Counted from the whole stretch's first letter, positions 38,931 to 52,023 are shown. The stretch is DNA of 63,672 nt, filler included, from Octopus bimaculoides (GCF_001194135.2; 5 parts of 4 records of this genome joined end to end with filler, not necessarily neighbours in it), one strand, 5' to 3'. Program-made: numbers and translations. The notes: generated by a model from the letters alone, not told the origin.

Positions 38931-41151
38931 AAGCCCTGGCGCTCCGTTGGTTGTGCTGATGATGGTTCCAGGTGACCCTCTCAAAGGAACAGCTTGTTCA
39001 TGAAATTAACATGCAGGAGTGGCTGTGTGGTAAGTAGCTTGCTTACCAACCACATGGTTCCAGGTTCAGTCCCACTGCGTGGCACCTCGGACAAGTGTCT
39101 TCTACTATAGCCTCGGGCCAACCGAAGCCTTGTGAGTCGATTTGGTAGACAGAAACTGAAAGAATCCCTTTGTATATATATATACAGAAACATATACATA
39201 TATACATATATACATATATATACGACGGGCTTCTTTCAGTTTTCATCTACCAAATCCACTCACAAGGCTTTGGTCAGCCCGAGGCTATAGTAGAAGACAC
39301 TTGGCCAAGGTGTCATACAGTGGGACTGAACCCGGAACCATGTGGTTGGTAAGCAAGCTACTTACCACACAGCCACACCTGTGCCTAGCAAGGAATTTTG
39401 TCAGCGAACAGGTCGCGGTTTCAAAGCAACGAAAATATTTTGACAAATGAAATTTAAATGTTGAAGTGAATCTAACGGTTTTTGTGTGTTTTTAAATGGC
39501 TTATAAACACCTTCCACACTGCAAAATGTTTAACTGATAACATTTTCCAATGTAAAATGATACTAGACATTATAACTGCCAGACTCTCTCAGTCGGCTTG
39601 TTGATAATTTTTGTCCTATCTTAGACAAGTGCTTATTACGCNNNNNNNNNNNNNNNNNNNNNNNNNNNNNNNNNNNNNNNNNNNNNNNNNNNNNNNNNNN
39701 NNNNNNNNNNNNNNNNNNNNNNNNNNNNNNNNNNNNNNNNNNNNNNNNNNNNNNNNNNNNNNNNNNNNNNNNNNNNNNNNNNNNNNNNNNNNNNNNNNNN
39801 NNNNNNNNNNNNNNNNNNNNNNNNNNNNNNNNNNNNNNNNNNNNNNNNNNNNNNNNNNNNNNNNNNNNNNNNNNNNNNNNNNNNNNNNNNNNNNNNNNNN
39901 NNNNNNNNNNNNNNNNNNNNNNNNNNNNNNNNNNNNNNNNNNNNNNNNNNNNNNNNNNNNNNNNNNNNNNNNNNNNNNNNNNNNNNNNNNNNNNNNNNNN
40001 NNNNNNNNNNNNNNNNNNNNNNNNNNNNNNNNNNNNNNNNNNNNNNNNNNNNNNNNNNNNNNNNNNNNNNNNNNNNNNNNNNNNNNNNNNNNNNNNNNNN
40101 NNNNNNNNNNNNNNNNNNNNNNNNNNNNNNNNNNNNNNNNNNNNNNNNNNNNNNNNNNNNNNNNNNNNNNNNNNNNNNNNNNNNNNNNNNNNNNNNNNNN
40201 NNNNNNNNNNNNNNNNNNNNNNNNNNNNNNNNNNNNNNNNNNNNNNNNNNNNNNNNNNNNNNNNNNNNNNNNNNNNNNNNNNNNNNNNNNNNNNNNNNNN
40301 NNNNNNNNNNNNNNNNNNNNNNNNNNNNNNNNNNNNNNNNNNNNNNNNNNNNNNNNNNNNNNNNNNNNNNNNNNNNNNNNNNNNNNNNNNNNNNNNNNNN
40401 NNNNNNNNNNNNNNNNNNNNNNNNNNNNNNNNNNNNNNNNNNNNNNNNNNNNNNNNNNNNNNNNNNNNNNNNNNNNNNNNNNNNNNNNNNNNNNNNNNNN
40501 NNNNNNNNNNNNNNNNNNNNNNNNNNNNNNNNNNNNNNNNNNNNNNNNNNNNNNNNNNNNNNNNNNNNNNNNNNNNNNCTATCACGAAGAGGAAGGCATC
40601 GATGTATCTTAGTCAGGGGTATTATTTTCTTTGTGTTCAATACAACTAAATTCTTAAAAAATGAACATCATGAATGAGCTAAAGGAATGAATTCACTGTC
40701 GAAACATAAACACACACAAACTTCTGTGTTGGCACTCTGTCGCTTACGACGTCGAGGGTTCCAGTTGATCCGATCAACGGAACAGCCTGCTCGTGAAATT
40801 AACATGCAAGTGGCTGAGCACTCCACAGACACGTGTATCCTTACTGTAGTTTTCGAGGATATTCAACGTGACACAGTGTGACAAGCCTGACCCTTTTGAA
40901 TTACAGGTACAACAGAAACAGGAAGTAAGAGTGAGAGAAAGTTGTGGTGGAAGAGTACAGCAGGGTTCGCCACCATCCCCTGCCGGAGCCTCATGGAGCT
41001 TTAGGTGTTTTCGCTCAATAAACACTCACAACGCCCGGTCTGGGAATTGAAACCACGATCCTATGACCGTGAGTCCACTGCCCTAACCACTGGGCCATTG
41101 CGCCTCCACACACACACAAACACACAATAAAGAAAAAACCCTCAAGCCTGT

Positions 41152-41418
41152 TGCCCATGAGCTCAGAGCTTATCCAGATTATCACGGACATTTAAACTAT
41201 GAGTACAAGACTTACCCCCTTCCTCTGAACAAGGTGCTAGATTGTCACAGGATTAACTCCCAGGTGTCCCTGATACTCCTTTTCAGCTGAGTGTTGTAGA
41301 GTAGCATGTAATGAAGTACCCTGCTCAAGGACACAACATGCTGCCCTGTCCAAGAATGGAACCCACAACCTATTGCTCATGAAATCAACAGCTTAACCAC
41401 AATGCCATGCACTTTCAC
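41152..41418 (-). mobile_element. Ancient SINE remnant with a conserved central domain (V/Meta-SINE-like)
   Basis: tRNA-like head, then gttgtgtccttgagcagggtactt..cagctg.. and ctgtgacaatctagcaccttgttcagagg, which resemble conserved SINE domains. Strongly diverged. Confidence 0.4.
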
Positions 41419-41494
41419 TGTTGAAACAAAAGCTTGGAAGAATTTCTAACAAAACCACAACATACAAGAATCCTTATAAAATCTTTATACAAAC

Positions 41495-43148
41495 CTTTTC
41501 AAATTCAGAATTGAAGTCTTTCCTGAGTATAGTTGCATAAAGAGATCGCTTTCCTTGATTGGGACTCACTGGATCTTTGGTTATGTCTTTGAAATGTTCT
41601 TTACTTTCGTGTTCTTTGCTATTGTCACAGTCTTTACTACCATTGACAATGCTACAATTGTCAGCTTCGAGAAATACATCACTTTTCTCTTCAGCTGTTG
41701 TTGTTGCATCGTCTTTTTTGATTGCTGTTTCACAACAGTCCACTCTATTAGAATGATCACTGACACCTTGTGACCTTGTCTTATCAACCTCTGAACTGGT
41801 AGAATCTTTCAAAGAATTGTTATTGGCTGAATAAGTAGCCTCTGTTCTGTTTTCATTAATGTCTTGAGAAAGATCCAGACAGACAGCTGCTGACCTTTTC
41901 AAACCTGTTTTATTGTGGTTAAAATCTTCGTGTAGGTTTCGGGAAATGTTGTTTGTGTCGTATTTGTCTTTGGTGGCAAGTCCTCTCTTTTTAGCTGAAG
42001 TTACACTAGATGTAGTTTCTGACTTATTTTCTGATGAGAGACCTACATATGAAGATAACGCTGTCTTAGATAATGGATTAACTGTGGAAGAAATACTTTT
42101 CTCAGTGTCTTTATCAAATAACTCATCACCGATTTGAAATTTGCATTTTGTAACTGGAATGTTTTCAAGGCATGTTCGTCTAACCTTGGGTAACGACGTA
42201 CCCCAGGTTGGTAGACTCGCAAGATACGCTTCTATTTGGTCTGATGTTAAAGGTTTGGTCAATTCCTGCATGCCAGGCTGACACAATAATTCTGGATACC
42301 ACTCGGTGTTTGTATTCCACTTGAAATCTGAGCCAGAATTGCTGTTTCTTTTCTGTTTTGAGTAATACGACTGTTCACCAGACTTACAGTTTGTCAATAA
42401 AACCTTAGGGCTGTGAAGTACCGGTGTTTTGTTTTCTGACTGGTCGTTATTGAGATCATCCTTTGTGTGAAAGACAAGAGGTTTTTCCAAGAACATATTC
42501 CGCGATGCTGTTGAAAATGTACAATTATTGCTGGACTTCACCTCTAGTTTAGCAAACTTTGACGCTAGTTTTAAGGAATCCTCTTCAACACTCATTACAG
42601 AGCGTGTCGAAGAAAAAGACAAATTCTTCTGCTGTGAAGGAACCTTACTGTAGGACACTGCTGGCGAAACTGAACTAGATGGCGCACTTATAGTCTGTGG
42701 TTGTTCCTTCTTGTTAATAGAACTAGTTTTTGATTTAGATTGTGTTAAATTATTGAGTCTGTTCGAAATTGTTGTTGTTGTTGAGTTTGTTGTTGAGTTT
42801 GTTGTTGTTGATGATACTTTCTTTGGGTTAAATTTTTTTACGTCGCTATTATTACTGTTATCACAATTTGCAGCAGTTGTCAAAGTCTTTTTTCTTCGAG
42901 ACGGTTCTGAATTGTCAGGTGGAAATTTAGATGGTTTGCTTTTGTGAAGCTGGTCTGTAATGATTGTGGAACTAGTTAATACACTACTCATCGGATTTTG
43001 ACACAGAAGAATTGGTATGTTCTTCATTCTTTGAGAAGCCGTCACACTCACTCTCACTGTGCTGTGTGACAAGTTTGCTACTGGGAAATGATGAACTGTA
43101 GAATCTCCTTCGAACAAATACGGTCTAGATTCTCCTGGAGCGTACAAC
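41495..43148 (-). CDS. ATOSA: Atos homolog (FAM214A/ATOSA family), large internal exon (1654 nt, phase 2 to phase 0)
   Basis: Acceptor tctttaatttcag| at 43149 and donor GAAAAG|gtttgt at 41494, just before the ORF-track stop. The start (R)LYAPGES..F....VHHFPVANLSHSTVRVSV resembles the FAM214A segment YRISAAD..F....EHVFPVPNVSHNVALKVSV as I recall it. The rest is Ser/Thr/Asn/Lys-rich low-complexity sequence. Confidence 0.85.
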
Positions 43149-43605
43149 CTGAAATTAAAGATTAAACAGAATCAAAAATTTGTGGAAGTTTAAGAAAGTG
43201 TTATTGTCTGAAATGGTAACAGATTAGGTGACTGGTTAAGTCATTGGTGAACAGAGTCTCAATAATTATCATTTTTTTTTTTTAACTATGGAACTCAAAG
43301 TAGATGATATTGGGTTAAAAAAATATTGGGTTAAAAAAATATTTTGGACAGAAAAAAAATCAAAGGCTTTCAACTTTTCCAATCCAAAAGGGATTTTAAC
43401 CCAGTATTTAGATTCTGTTCATCATCATCATTTAACGTCCACTTTCCATGCTGACATGGGTTGGACAGTTTGACTGAGGACTGGCAAGCCAAGAGGCTGC
43501 ACTAGGCTCCAATCTGATCTGACAAGGTTTCTACACAGCTGGATGCCTTTCCTAATGCCAACCACTCCGAGAGTGTAGCGGGTGCTTTTTACATTCCACT
43601 GGCAC

Positions 43606-43830
43606 GAGGGCCAGTCAGGCGGAACTGGCAACAGCCACGCTCAAATGGTATTTTTTACGAGCCACCTGCACAGGAGCCAGTCCAGCGGCACTGACAACGA
43701 CCTCGCTCGAATGTTTTTTCACGTACCACCTGCACAAGTGCCAGTAAGGCGACGCTGGTAACGATCACGCTTGAATGGTACTTTTTACATGCCACCGGCA
43801 TGGAAGCCAGACAGCTGCTCTGTGCCACCA
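43606..43830 (-). repeat. ~60-bp tandem units belonging to the RTE-associated 3'UTR element
   Basis: Repeated gccag..ggc..ctgg(c/t)aac..cacgct(c/t)(a/g)aatg..ttttt(c)ac units. The same units occur at 57770-58040 (+) and 8822-8892 (+). Confidence 0.65.
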
Positions 43831-43870
43831 GCACGGAAGGTTGTGATACATGGTAAATAAACAGGAACTT

Positions 43871-44263
43871 ATAGGCGCAGGAGTGGCTGTGTGGTAAGTA
43901 GCTTGCTTACTAACCACATGGTTCCAGGTTCAGTTCCACTGCGTGGCACCTTGGGCAAGTGTCTTCTACTATAGCCTTGGGCCAACCAAACCCTTCTGAG
44001 TGGATTTGGTGGACGGAAACTGAAAGAAGCCCGTCGTATATATGTATGTGTGTGTATAAGTTTGTGTGTCTGTGTTTGTCCCCCCAACATCGCTTGACAA
44101 CCGATGCTGGTGTGTTTACATCCCCGTAACTCAGCGGTTCAGCAAAAAGAGACCGATAGATTAAGTACTAGGCTTACAAAGAATAAGTCCTGGGGTCGAT
44201 TTGCTCGACTAAAGGCGGTGCCCCAGCATGGCCGCAGTCAAATGACTGAAACAAGTAAAAGAG
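43871..44263 (+). mobile_element. Full-length tRNA-derived SINE, family A (ataggcgcaggagtggctgtgtgg..)
   Basis: tRNA-like head with a ggttcagttcc B-box, an internal (TG)n/(TA)n tract and a caagtaaaagag end. Many copies: 5088-5385 +, 14766-15102 +, 15905-16312 -, 39012-39170 +, 39222-39385 -, 55121-55486 -. Confidence 0.85.
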
Positions 44264-45013
44264 TATTGATAATAACAGAAAAATTAAATGCTTATTGGAA
44301 GGAAGAAAAGAAAATGGTTTCTTGTACTAAAGAACTTCCACATATAACATCATTAATTTCTAGAATTCCGTTTAAAATTGGAATTAGTCACCGTATGAGG
44401 CTATTGAGTGAAAGACAGCCAACCAAGTTAAATATAGATTTGGTAAGTATTAAAAGAACATTAATTTTGAAAAATCCTTCAAATACATCTTTTTATAAAT
44501 GAATCAGCTTTTAGAGGCTTTATGCTTGTCAGCTGTAAAAGAATATCACAAATGAGATTTTGTCTTGGTAGGCTTAAATTTCCTGAGCCAGACAGGCACA
44601 TAGCAGACCATATATTTCTTAGCAACAAAATATTGTTTACTCTAAAAGAAACTGCAAAAAAAAAAAATTTCTTTTAACACTTTATAGAAATATTTTCAGA
44701 CAAGTATTCAGAAAAAAAAAAAAATTGTTTTTTTTAATAATATTCTTAAAAAGTAGCTTTTAATATCATTGCTTTAATATATATATATGTATATATATAC
44801 ACACATATATATATATGTATATATGGAAGCATGTGTGTATGTATGTATATATGTAAACACACACACACATATAAAGTTGTGATTATTTAGAAAATTTTTT
44901 TCATGCTTTAATTTCATAAAAACATTCAGAAAATGTCTATTAAAAACAAAATGCAAATGGCAAAGACAANNNNNNNNNNNNNNNNNNNNNNNNNNNNNNN
45001 NNNNNNNNNNNNN

Positions 45014-45025
45014 TTAATTAATTAA
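45014..45025. other. Scaffolding linker TTAATTAATTAA centred in a ~100-bp N gap (also 23792, 56940, 61257)
   Basis: The identical 12-mer has stops in all frames and about 44 N on each side at four sites. Confidence 0.9.
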
Positions 45026-45284
45026 NNNNNNNNNNNNNNNNNNNNNNNNNNNNNNNNNNNNNNNNNNNNATAACATTATTACGTGTTTATTTCCTTGTCG
45101 TCGCTTGCAATCAGATTGTTATCCAATGCATAACGAATGCACTCAGCGTTCTCCGTGTAAAGTAGCTTCCCTTGCTTCGCTCTCTACGAAATCAAATGCT
45201 GCAGTGGAATGCTACTGTTGTATCACGTCAATAATTCTATGCATACACACGGATGTATATATATATATATTTGTATGTGCGTGC

Positions 45285-45320
<36 letters not shown>

Positions 45321-45592
45321 GTGTGTGTGTGTGTGTGCGTGTGTGTGTATTTATGCACATGAGCATATAAATATATATGGATATGTATATGTGTACGTTT
45401 ATATATGCACACACATATATATATATACATACATATATGCATACATATAAATGTACACAAATATATATTTATACGCACACGCATATACACACCTTCATGC
45501 TTCTATAAATAAGCACCAAGCACTCACACAACCACACACGTATACATATACACCCCCACCCACACATATATATATATACATATATATATATA

Positions 45593-45665
<73 letters not shown>

Positions 45666-48006
45666 CATACATATACATGTATGTTTGTGTGTGTATGTGC
45701 GTGTGTGTGATTGTGTGTGCATGCTTATAAAGACATCCACTGAACTAAGCACACGCATACAGACACACACGCACTCATATACGTGCATATATACACACCT
45801 ACAAACATATACGCGCAAAAAACCCCGCATGCACAGGCACGAATTTATGAGAGGTGAGATAACGATTGTCTCAATGAATCGCTATCACTGTCTATAGTAC
45901 ATGCAGCGTACAATTCTACCTGTAATTACAAGTCTAAAATTGACTCTAATTCTTCGATCCGTTGAACGAAAACTAAAATAAGAAGCCATAAAAATCCTAT
46001 GAATTATAAACTTTAATAAAATATAAACCAAAAAAAAAAAATTACCTGCTTATTTGCATGATAAGCTTTCTATCTTTTCAATTGATTACACAGTTTGTCA
46101 TTACTAATCAGTTTTATCATGATGTACTTCTGTTGAGAATTGCTAAAGGTGCTGTGTGGATTGTAGATTGTAAATTGTAGAGTAGGAAAGAAGAGAGAGA
46201 AGGAGAGAGAAGGAAAGGGAAAGAAAGACTGACAGACAGAGAAGAAAGAGGAAGAAGGAGTAGAGAGGTAGTTAAGTATGTTGATATTCAGCGGAATCTC
46301 TACATCCTGGTTCGAATCCAACACAAGGGTGAATGTTATATTTATGGTTTCACGTAAATACAAAGGGAAGGGAATGTCTTCAATCCAGGTTACAACATTG
46401 AAGCATTTTGTAGCTTGAGCTACGTATGCTGGCAAAAATAAGGAGCCATGCCGGTTTGATGGAATACCGTGTGATTGCTGCCGGAGACCTTGTTGTTGGC
46501 ACTCCGTCGCTTACGACGTCGAGGTCTCCAGTTGATCCGATCAACGGAACAGCCTGCTCGTGAAATTGACGTGCAAGTGGCTGAGCACTCCACAGACACG
46601 TGTACCCTTAACGTAGTTCTCGGGGAGATTCAGCGTGACACAGTGTGACAAGGCTGGCCCTTTGAATTACAGAAACAGGCCCTTTGAATTACAGGCCCTT
46701 TGAATTACAGAAACAGGAAGTAAGAGTGGGAGAAAGTTGTGGTGGAAGAGTACAGCAGGGTTCGCCATCATCTCCTGCCGGTGCCTCGTGGAGCTTTAGG
46801 TGTTTTCGCTCAATAAACACTCACAACGCCCGGTCTGGGAATCGAAAACGTTAGTAGTCCGCGCTCTTAACCACTACGCCATACGCCCGTAGGTNNNNNN
46901 NNNNNNNNNNNNNNNNNNNNNNNNNNNNNNNNNNNNNNNNNNNNNNNNNNNNNNNNNNNNNNNNNNNNNNNNNNNNNNNNNNNNNNNNNNNNNNNNNNNN
47001 NNNNNNNNNNNNNNNNNNNNNNNACTAATTCCCTACAACACCTTTATACAAGGAGGAGGCCGCCGACTAGTACTCATACAGACAGGCATCAGTGTCAGCG
47101 AAGTCGATGCTGACAGATTGCAAAGCTCTGACACAAATGCCACAAGACACATTCTCAAAGTTCCATCAATCAATTGTTTTGGATTGACATTTTACCATCT
47201 CCCGAAAAGATAAAAATTCAAGTTGTCTTGATAAGATTTGAACCCATAGATTTGGTTCGAAATTAGTGAAGCATTTTACTCAACACCTCTTACGACTGTA
47301 ACAGTTCGTCACTGCAGTTTAATTAGCAAAATATAGTACAGGTTTCAGTTGCTAAAGGTGTTTTACTTTGAAGTGTTCTAATCGATTAAATCGATTAATT
47401 ATATTTTAATTATGCTTTAATCAAATGTATTAATTATGTTTTATGTAGGACACGTGTTTTATTGGATTCTTATTTTGATAAAAATTCGTTACGTCGACAT
47501 AAAAAAATATCACTCGCTGTTAAGCAGCGTCGCGTAAAGAGAAGGGATAGCGACAAATACAAACCCAGCCATAGTTACATTCATAGACATACATGCATGT
47601 GATCTCAATAACTCTCTTGCTCTCTCTTCCTCTCTCGTTCTTTGTTTGTGTGTGTGTGTGTGTGTGTGTGTNNNNNNNNNNNNNNNNNNNNNNNNNNNNN
47701 NNNNNNNNNNNNNNNNNNNNNNNNNNNNNNNNNNNNNNNNNNNNNNNNNNNNNNNNNNNNNNNNNNNNNNNNNNNNNNNNNNNNNNNNNNNNNNNNNNNN
47801 NNNNNNNNNNNNNNNNNNNNNNNNNNNNNNNNNNNNNNNNNNNNNNNNNNNNNNNNNNNNNNNNNNNNNNNNNNNNNNNNNNNNNNNNNNNNNNNNNNNN
47901 NNNNNNNNNNNNNNNNNNNNNNNNNNNNNNNNNNNNNNNNNNNNNNNNNNNNNNNNNNNNNNNNNNNNNNNNNNNNNNNNNNNNNNNNNNNNNNNNNNNN
48001 NNNNNN

Positions 48007-48040
<34 letters not shown>

Positions 48041-48129
48041 AGAATTCACACAAAAAAAACAACAGACGAAGACACGTGGTGTAGAAAACAAATAGATGTA
48101 TTAGTATAACACTCGTGAATTGAGAAAGT

Positions 48130-48165
48130 CTTTAACGTTTCGAGCCTACGCTCTTCTACAGAAAG
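48130..48165 (-). ncRNA. Variant hammerhead-like motif (core CUGUAGA)
   Basis: Minus strand CTTT-CTGTAGA-a-GAGC gtag GCTC-GAA-ACGT-T-AAAG. All three stems pair; core A6 is replaced by U. Confidence 0.5.
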
Positions 48166-50718
48166 GAACACGCAAAGAAATAAAGAGAGAAACAAGGAGA
48201 GAAAAAAATGTGTCTAGTGGTCAGCGATCTATAATGGCGAATGTATGTATGTGTGGATGTGTGTGTGTGTGTGATTAACCACATATACTTAACGTATATG
48301 CTTCGTGTATTTACCTGTTATTGGTCTGCTATTGACGTTGTGAAGTATATACTCTCTCAAAGCACCGGATGTTAAAACACTTGAGTATGGACAGGCGAGA
48401 TAAATCTCCTTCAATCTCATCTAGGTGTGATGAACATCGATGTTTCGCCATTGTCGTGGCTTGTCAACATCACGTATCCAACAGGATCACCAGCCTACGA
48501 CTCATATACTCATGGCATATGTGTGTGTGTTTATACGTGTTTATGTTTGTGTTTGTGTGTGTTTGTGTATATGTGTACGTATGTTTGTGTGTGCGTAATT
48601 GTTTGTGAGTGTATGTGTGTTTCAAGCATTCATATATGATGTTACCTTTCGTGTATATTACTGTTTGTTTATCATGCTCCGTTCAGATTGAAAAGTGTAC
48701 ATACAATGAAAAAAAAAAAAAAAAAATTCGTTTCCATGGCAATTAATCTGGGGCCTGACAGCCTAGTCTTCCACGTCTTTCTTCAACTTATCCTGTTTTC
48801 TTAGAAGAAGGATTTAAAGTAATAAAACTGACAAATCGATTCTGATAGAATTTGAACTGAGATCGGGTGATAGACCAAAAGCTAATCATCGATAATAAAC
48901 ATTTCACCCAGTCATACGATGGATCTGCAAATATCCCTACTATGTGCTTGTGTCCTCATCATATAATCAATATGGACTCTCTGTTTATTTTAATCGATTA
49001 AGAGAGATTTCCATTTCTTCTTCTCAATATATATATATATATATATATATAAAATACTATATAGTTANNNNNNNNNNNNNNNNNNNNNNNNNNNNNNNNN
49101 NNNNNNNNNNNNNNNNNNNNNNNNNNNNNNNNNNNNNNNNNNNNNNNNNNNNNNNNNNNNNNNNNNNNNNNNNNNNNNNNNNNNNNNNNNNNNNNNNNNN
49201 NNNNNNNNNNNNNNNNNNNNNNNNNNNNNNNNNNNNNNNNNNNNNNNNNNNNNNNNNNNNNNNNNNNNNNNNNNNNNNNNNNNNNNNNNNNNNNNNNNNN
49301 NNNNNNNNNNNNNNNNNNNNNNNNNNNNNNNNNNNNNNNNNNNNNNNNNNNNNNNNNNNNNNNNNNNNNNNNNNGACACGTGTACCCCTAACGTAATTCT
49401 CGGGGATATTCCGCGTGACACAGTGTGACAAGGCTGACCCTTTCAATTACAGGCACAACAAAAACAGGAAGTAAGAGAAAGTTGTGGTGAAAGAGTACAG
49501 CAGGGTTCGCCACCATCCCCTGCCGGAGCCTCGTGGAGCTTTAGGTGTTTTTGCTCAATAAACACTTACAACGCCCGGTCTGGGAATCGAAACCGCGATC
49601 CTCCGACCGCGAGACCGCTGCCCTAACCACTGGGCCATTGCGCCTCCACTTCCTTTAGCATATATAGAATATAAATAAAAATATTTTTGCTCCGGACGAA
49701 AGTCACATTCCATTCACTGCGACATTATTTTGATAAACAACAGCACGTGGTTGAAATGAAAAGTATAAATTCGACTTTTTCTGTATATACGTGCAAGTGT
49801 ATGTATATATGGCTGTGCGACTTCAGTACTCGTATAAATATGTGTAAACACTAGTAATTATATACTCTGGAATATTTGTGCTGATGACAGCAGGAAGTAT
49901 TCCGTTCCTTTAAGCTTGAAATTGGTTCCGATACAAAATTGACCAGAAAGTTTGATTTATTATTTTCCATTTGCCCGCTTACAACCTGTGCTATAGAACA
50001 TTTAAGGCGGTTTTTAGCGCCATTTGGCGTCTGTTTTTAGCGCGTGGAGAGGCTCGTCGGATCGTTTGATATAATTATTTATATAATTATTAATATGGTG
50101 TATAAAAATTACCTATGAGATTTTATTTCGCGCTGACCACTTGATAAAATCATTTATGTGATTTTATCTTTTATTATAGGCGCAGGAGTGGCTGTACGTA
50201 TGAGAGACAAATTAGAATAATGGTCATTACATATGATTCGTTTATTATTCGAATCCTACCGATGTCGACCGTGCCTTTCATCCTTTCGGGGTTCGTGAAA
50301 TAAGTACCAGTCACCTGCTGCTCCCATAAAATCCTGGGGCCTTCTGACCATATTTGAAACTATTATTAGTATCACTAGTGATGAACATAATATTAGCGAC
50401 TGTGTTTATAGCAGCAGCAGCAGCAGCAAAAACGGTGGCGATGGTGGTTGGAGACTTGTTTAATTAAACTGTTACAGACTTTCGTGTTTATGTTGGGTGT
50501 GTAAATAAACGGAATTACGTTGTAGACATTTTTGTGAAGTGTGATCTTTTTGTAGATGCTCGTAACTATCTGTCTATTTGTCTGTCTTTGATTCTCTCTA
50601 TCTGCCTGTCTGTTTGTCTCTCTCTCCCTCTCTCACTATCTATCTATCTGTCTGTCTGTCTGTCTGTCACTCTATCTATCTATCTATCTATCTATCTATT
50701 TATCTATCTATCTATTTT

Positions 50719-50792
<74 letters not shown>

Positions 50793-50807
50793 NNNNNNNN
50801 NNATACC

Positions 50808-50857
<50 letters not shown>

Positions 50858-51194
50858 ACTATCTAAATGACTTTTATGTAACGTATATATCTGTGTTTTT
50901 GTGGTTTTGTGCCAAGATGTGAAATTGTGTTTGCGTGCGTGATTACATGTGTATGTGAGTGTAATTGTCTGTGTGTGTGTGCATGTGTCTGTGTGTCTGT
51001 GTGTTTGTATATAGAAGAGAGGTATTTGAGGACATATTTTGTAACTTGGTATAGCAACACTAATCTAGCCAAAACCGAGCGATTTTTATTAAATGTTTAT
51101 GTACATTTGAATAAGATTATTCTATGAATTAACTGTTGGAATATGTGAGCTTTGGGAAAACTTGCTGACTCTTATTGTAATACATATAGCATTC

Positions 51195-51470
51195 CGCTGC
51201 GTACCTCATCCAGTTAGGGCTTCCAAACTGTCTGCAATACCTCAACTTATCCAGCAGTGTTCCACCGGAAAATTTATTGAATGATGCGAGATAGCATGAA
51301 CATATTTTTCATTACTCCTCATTCCTAAAGCAATCACCATACCTGTAAACGTAGTGTACGTGGTACATCACGGTGAAGACATGACAAGACCTGCTAATAA
51401 CCATCTGTCATTTCTCCTTTTACGCTTTTGATCTTGGACAAAGATTTCTTCACTGGAGAAGAACAAGCCA
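51195..51470 (-). mobile_element. Decayed Tc1/mariner transposase fragment
   Basis: SSEEIFVQDQKRKRRNDRWL (like FSDEKxFxxDxKxNRRNDRWL), then TTFTGMVIALGMRSNE (like TKFPAxVMVLGVVSNEG). Confidence 0.6.
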
Positions 51471-51969
51471 TGACATGTTAGTGAAGACATTTAACCTTCT
51501 TAAATAACCCCTTGACTCGCATCAAACAGTTTTCCTATGTATTTTCAGGCTACTACTCAGTACATATCACTTGGATGTGAACCACAGTTCTGACAGTCCA
51601 CTTCTATACCTGAAGTTCTTTGACGGTGCTTCTCATAAATTTGTTCGTATGTATGTATGTATGTATGTATGTATGTATGTATGTATGTATGTATGTATGT
51701 ATGTATGTATGTATCCATGCAAACACATATTCGTACATATGTACGTACATGTCCGTTTGTACGCGCTTTCAGTGCTCACAGACAAATAGGTGCATCATTC
51801 GGCGTATTTTCACACATTGATACATCAGCTTACGCAACCATTAAGTGAAATACAAATATTCTCGTGTTCGTGTACATATACAAAATCACGTATATAGTAG
51901 GAATTATGGCTGCTCTTGTACATGCACACACATACTCACACATACACGCACAGATAGATAGATAAATAG

Positions 51970-52023
<54 letters not shown>

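Noticed and set aside
41474-41494. ORF-track stop for the 557-aa ORF, suggesting a terminal exon
   Set aside because: A good donor (AAG|gtttgt) lies 7 codons earlier and downstream Atos exons are in phase.
48313-48460. Short minus-strand ORFs (MAKHRCSSHLDEIEGDLSRL.., MRLKEIYLACPY..) with a cag|gtaaat donor
   Set aside because: The frames close with stops or have the wrong phase for the Atos exon, and there is no homology to the Atos N-terminus.
49995-50070. CpG-rich patch with YY1/E2F-like words (cgccattt, tttagcgcg) as the Atos promoter
   Set aside because: There is no identifiable first exon, short motifs arise by chance, and it may be a TE fragment.
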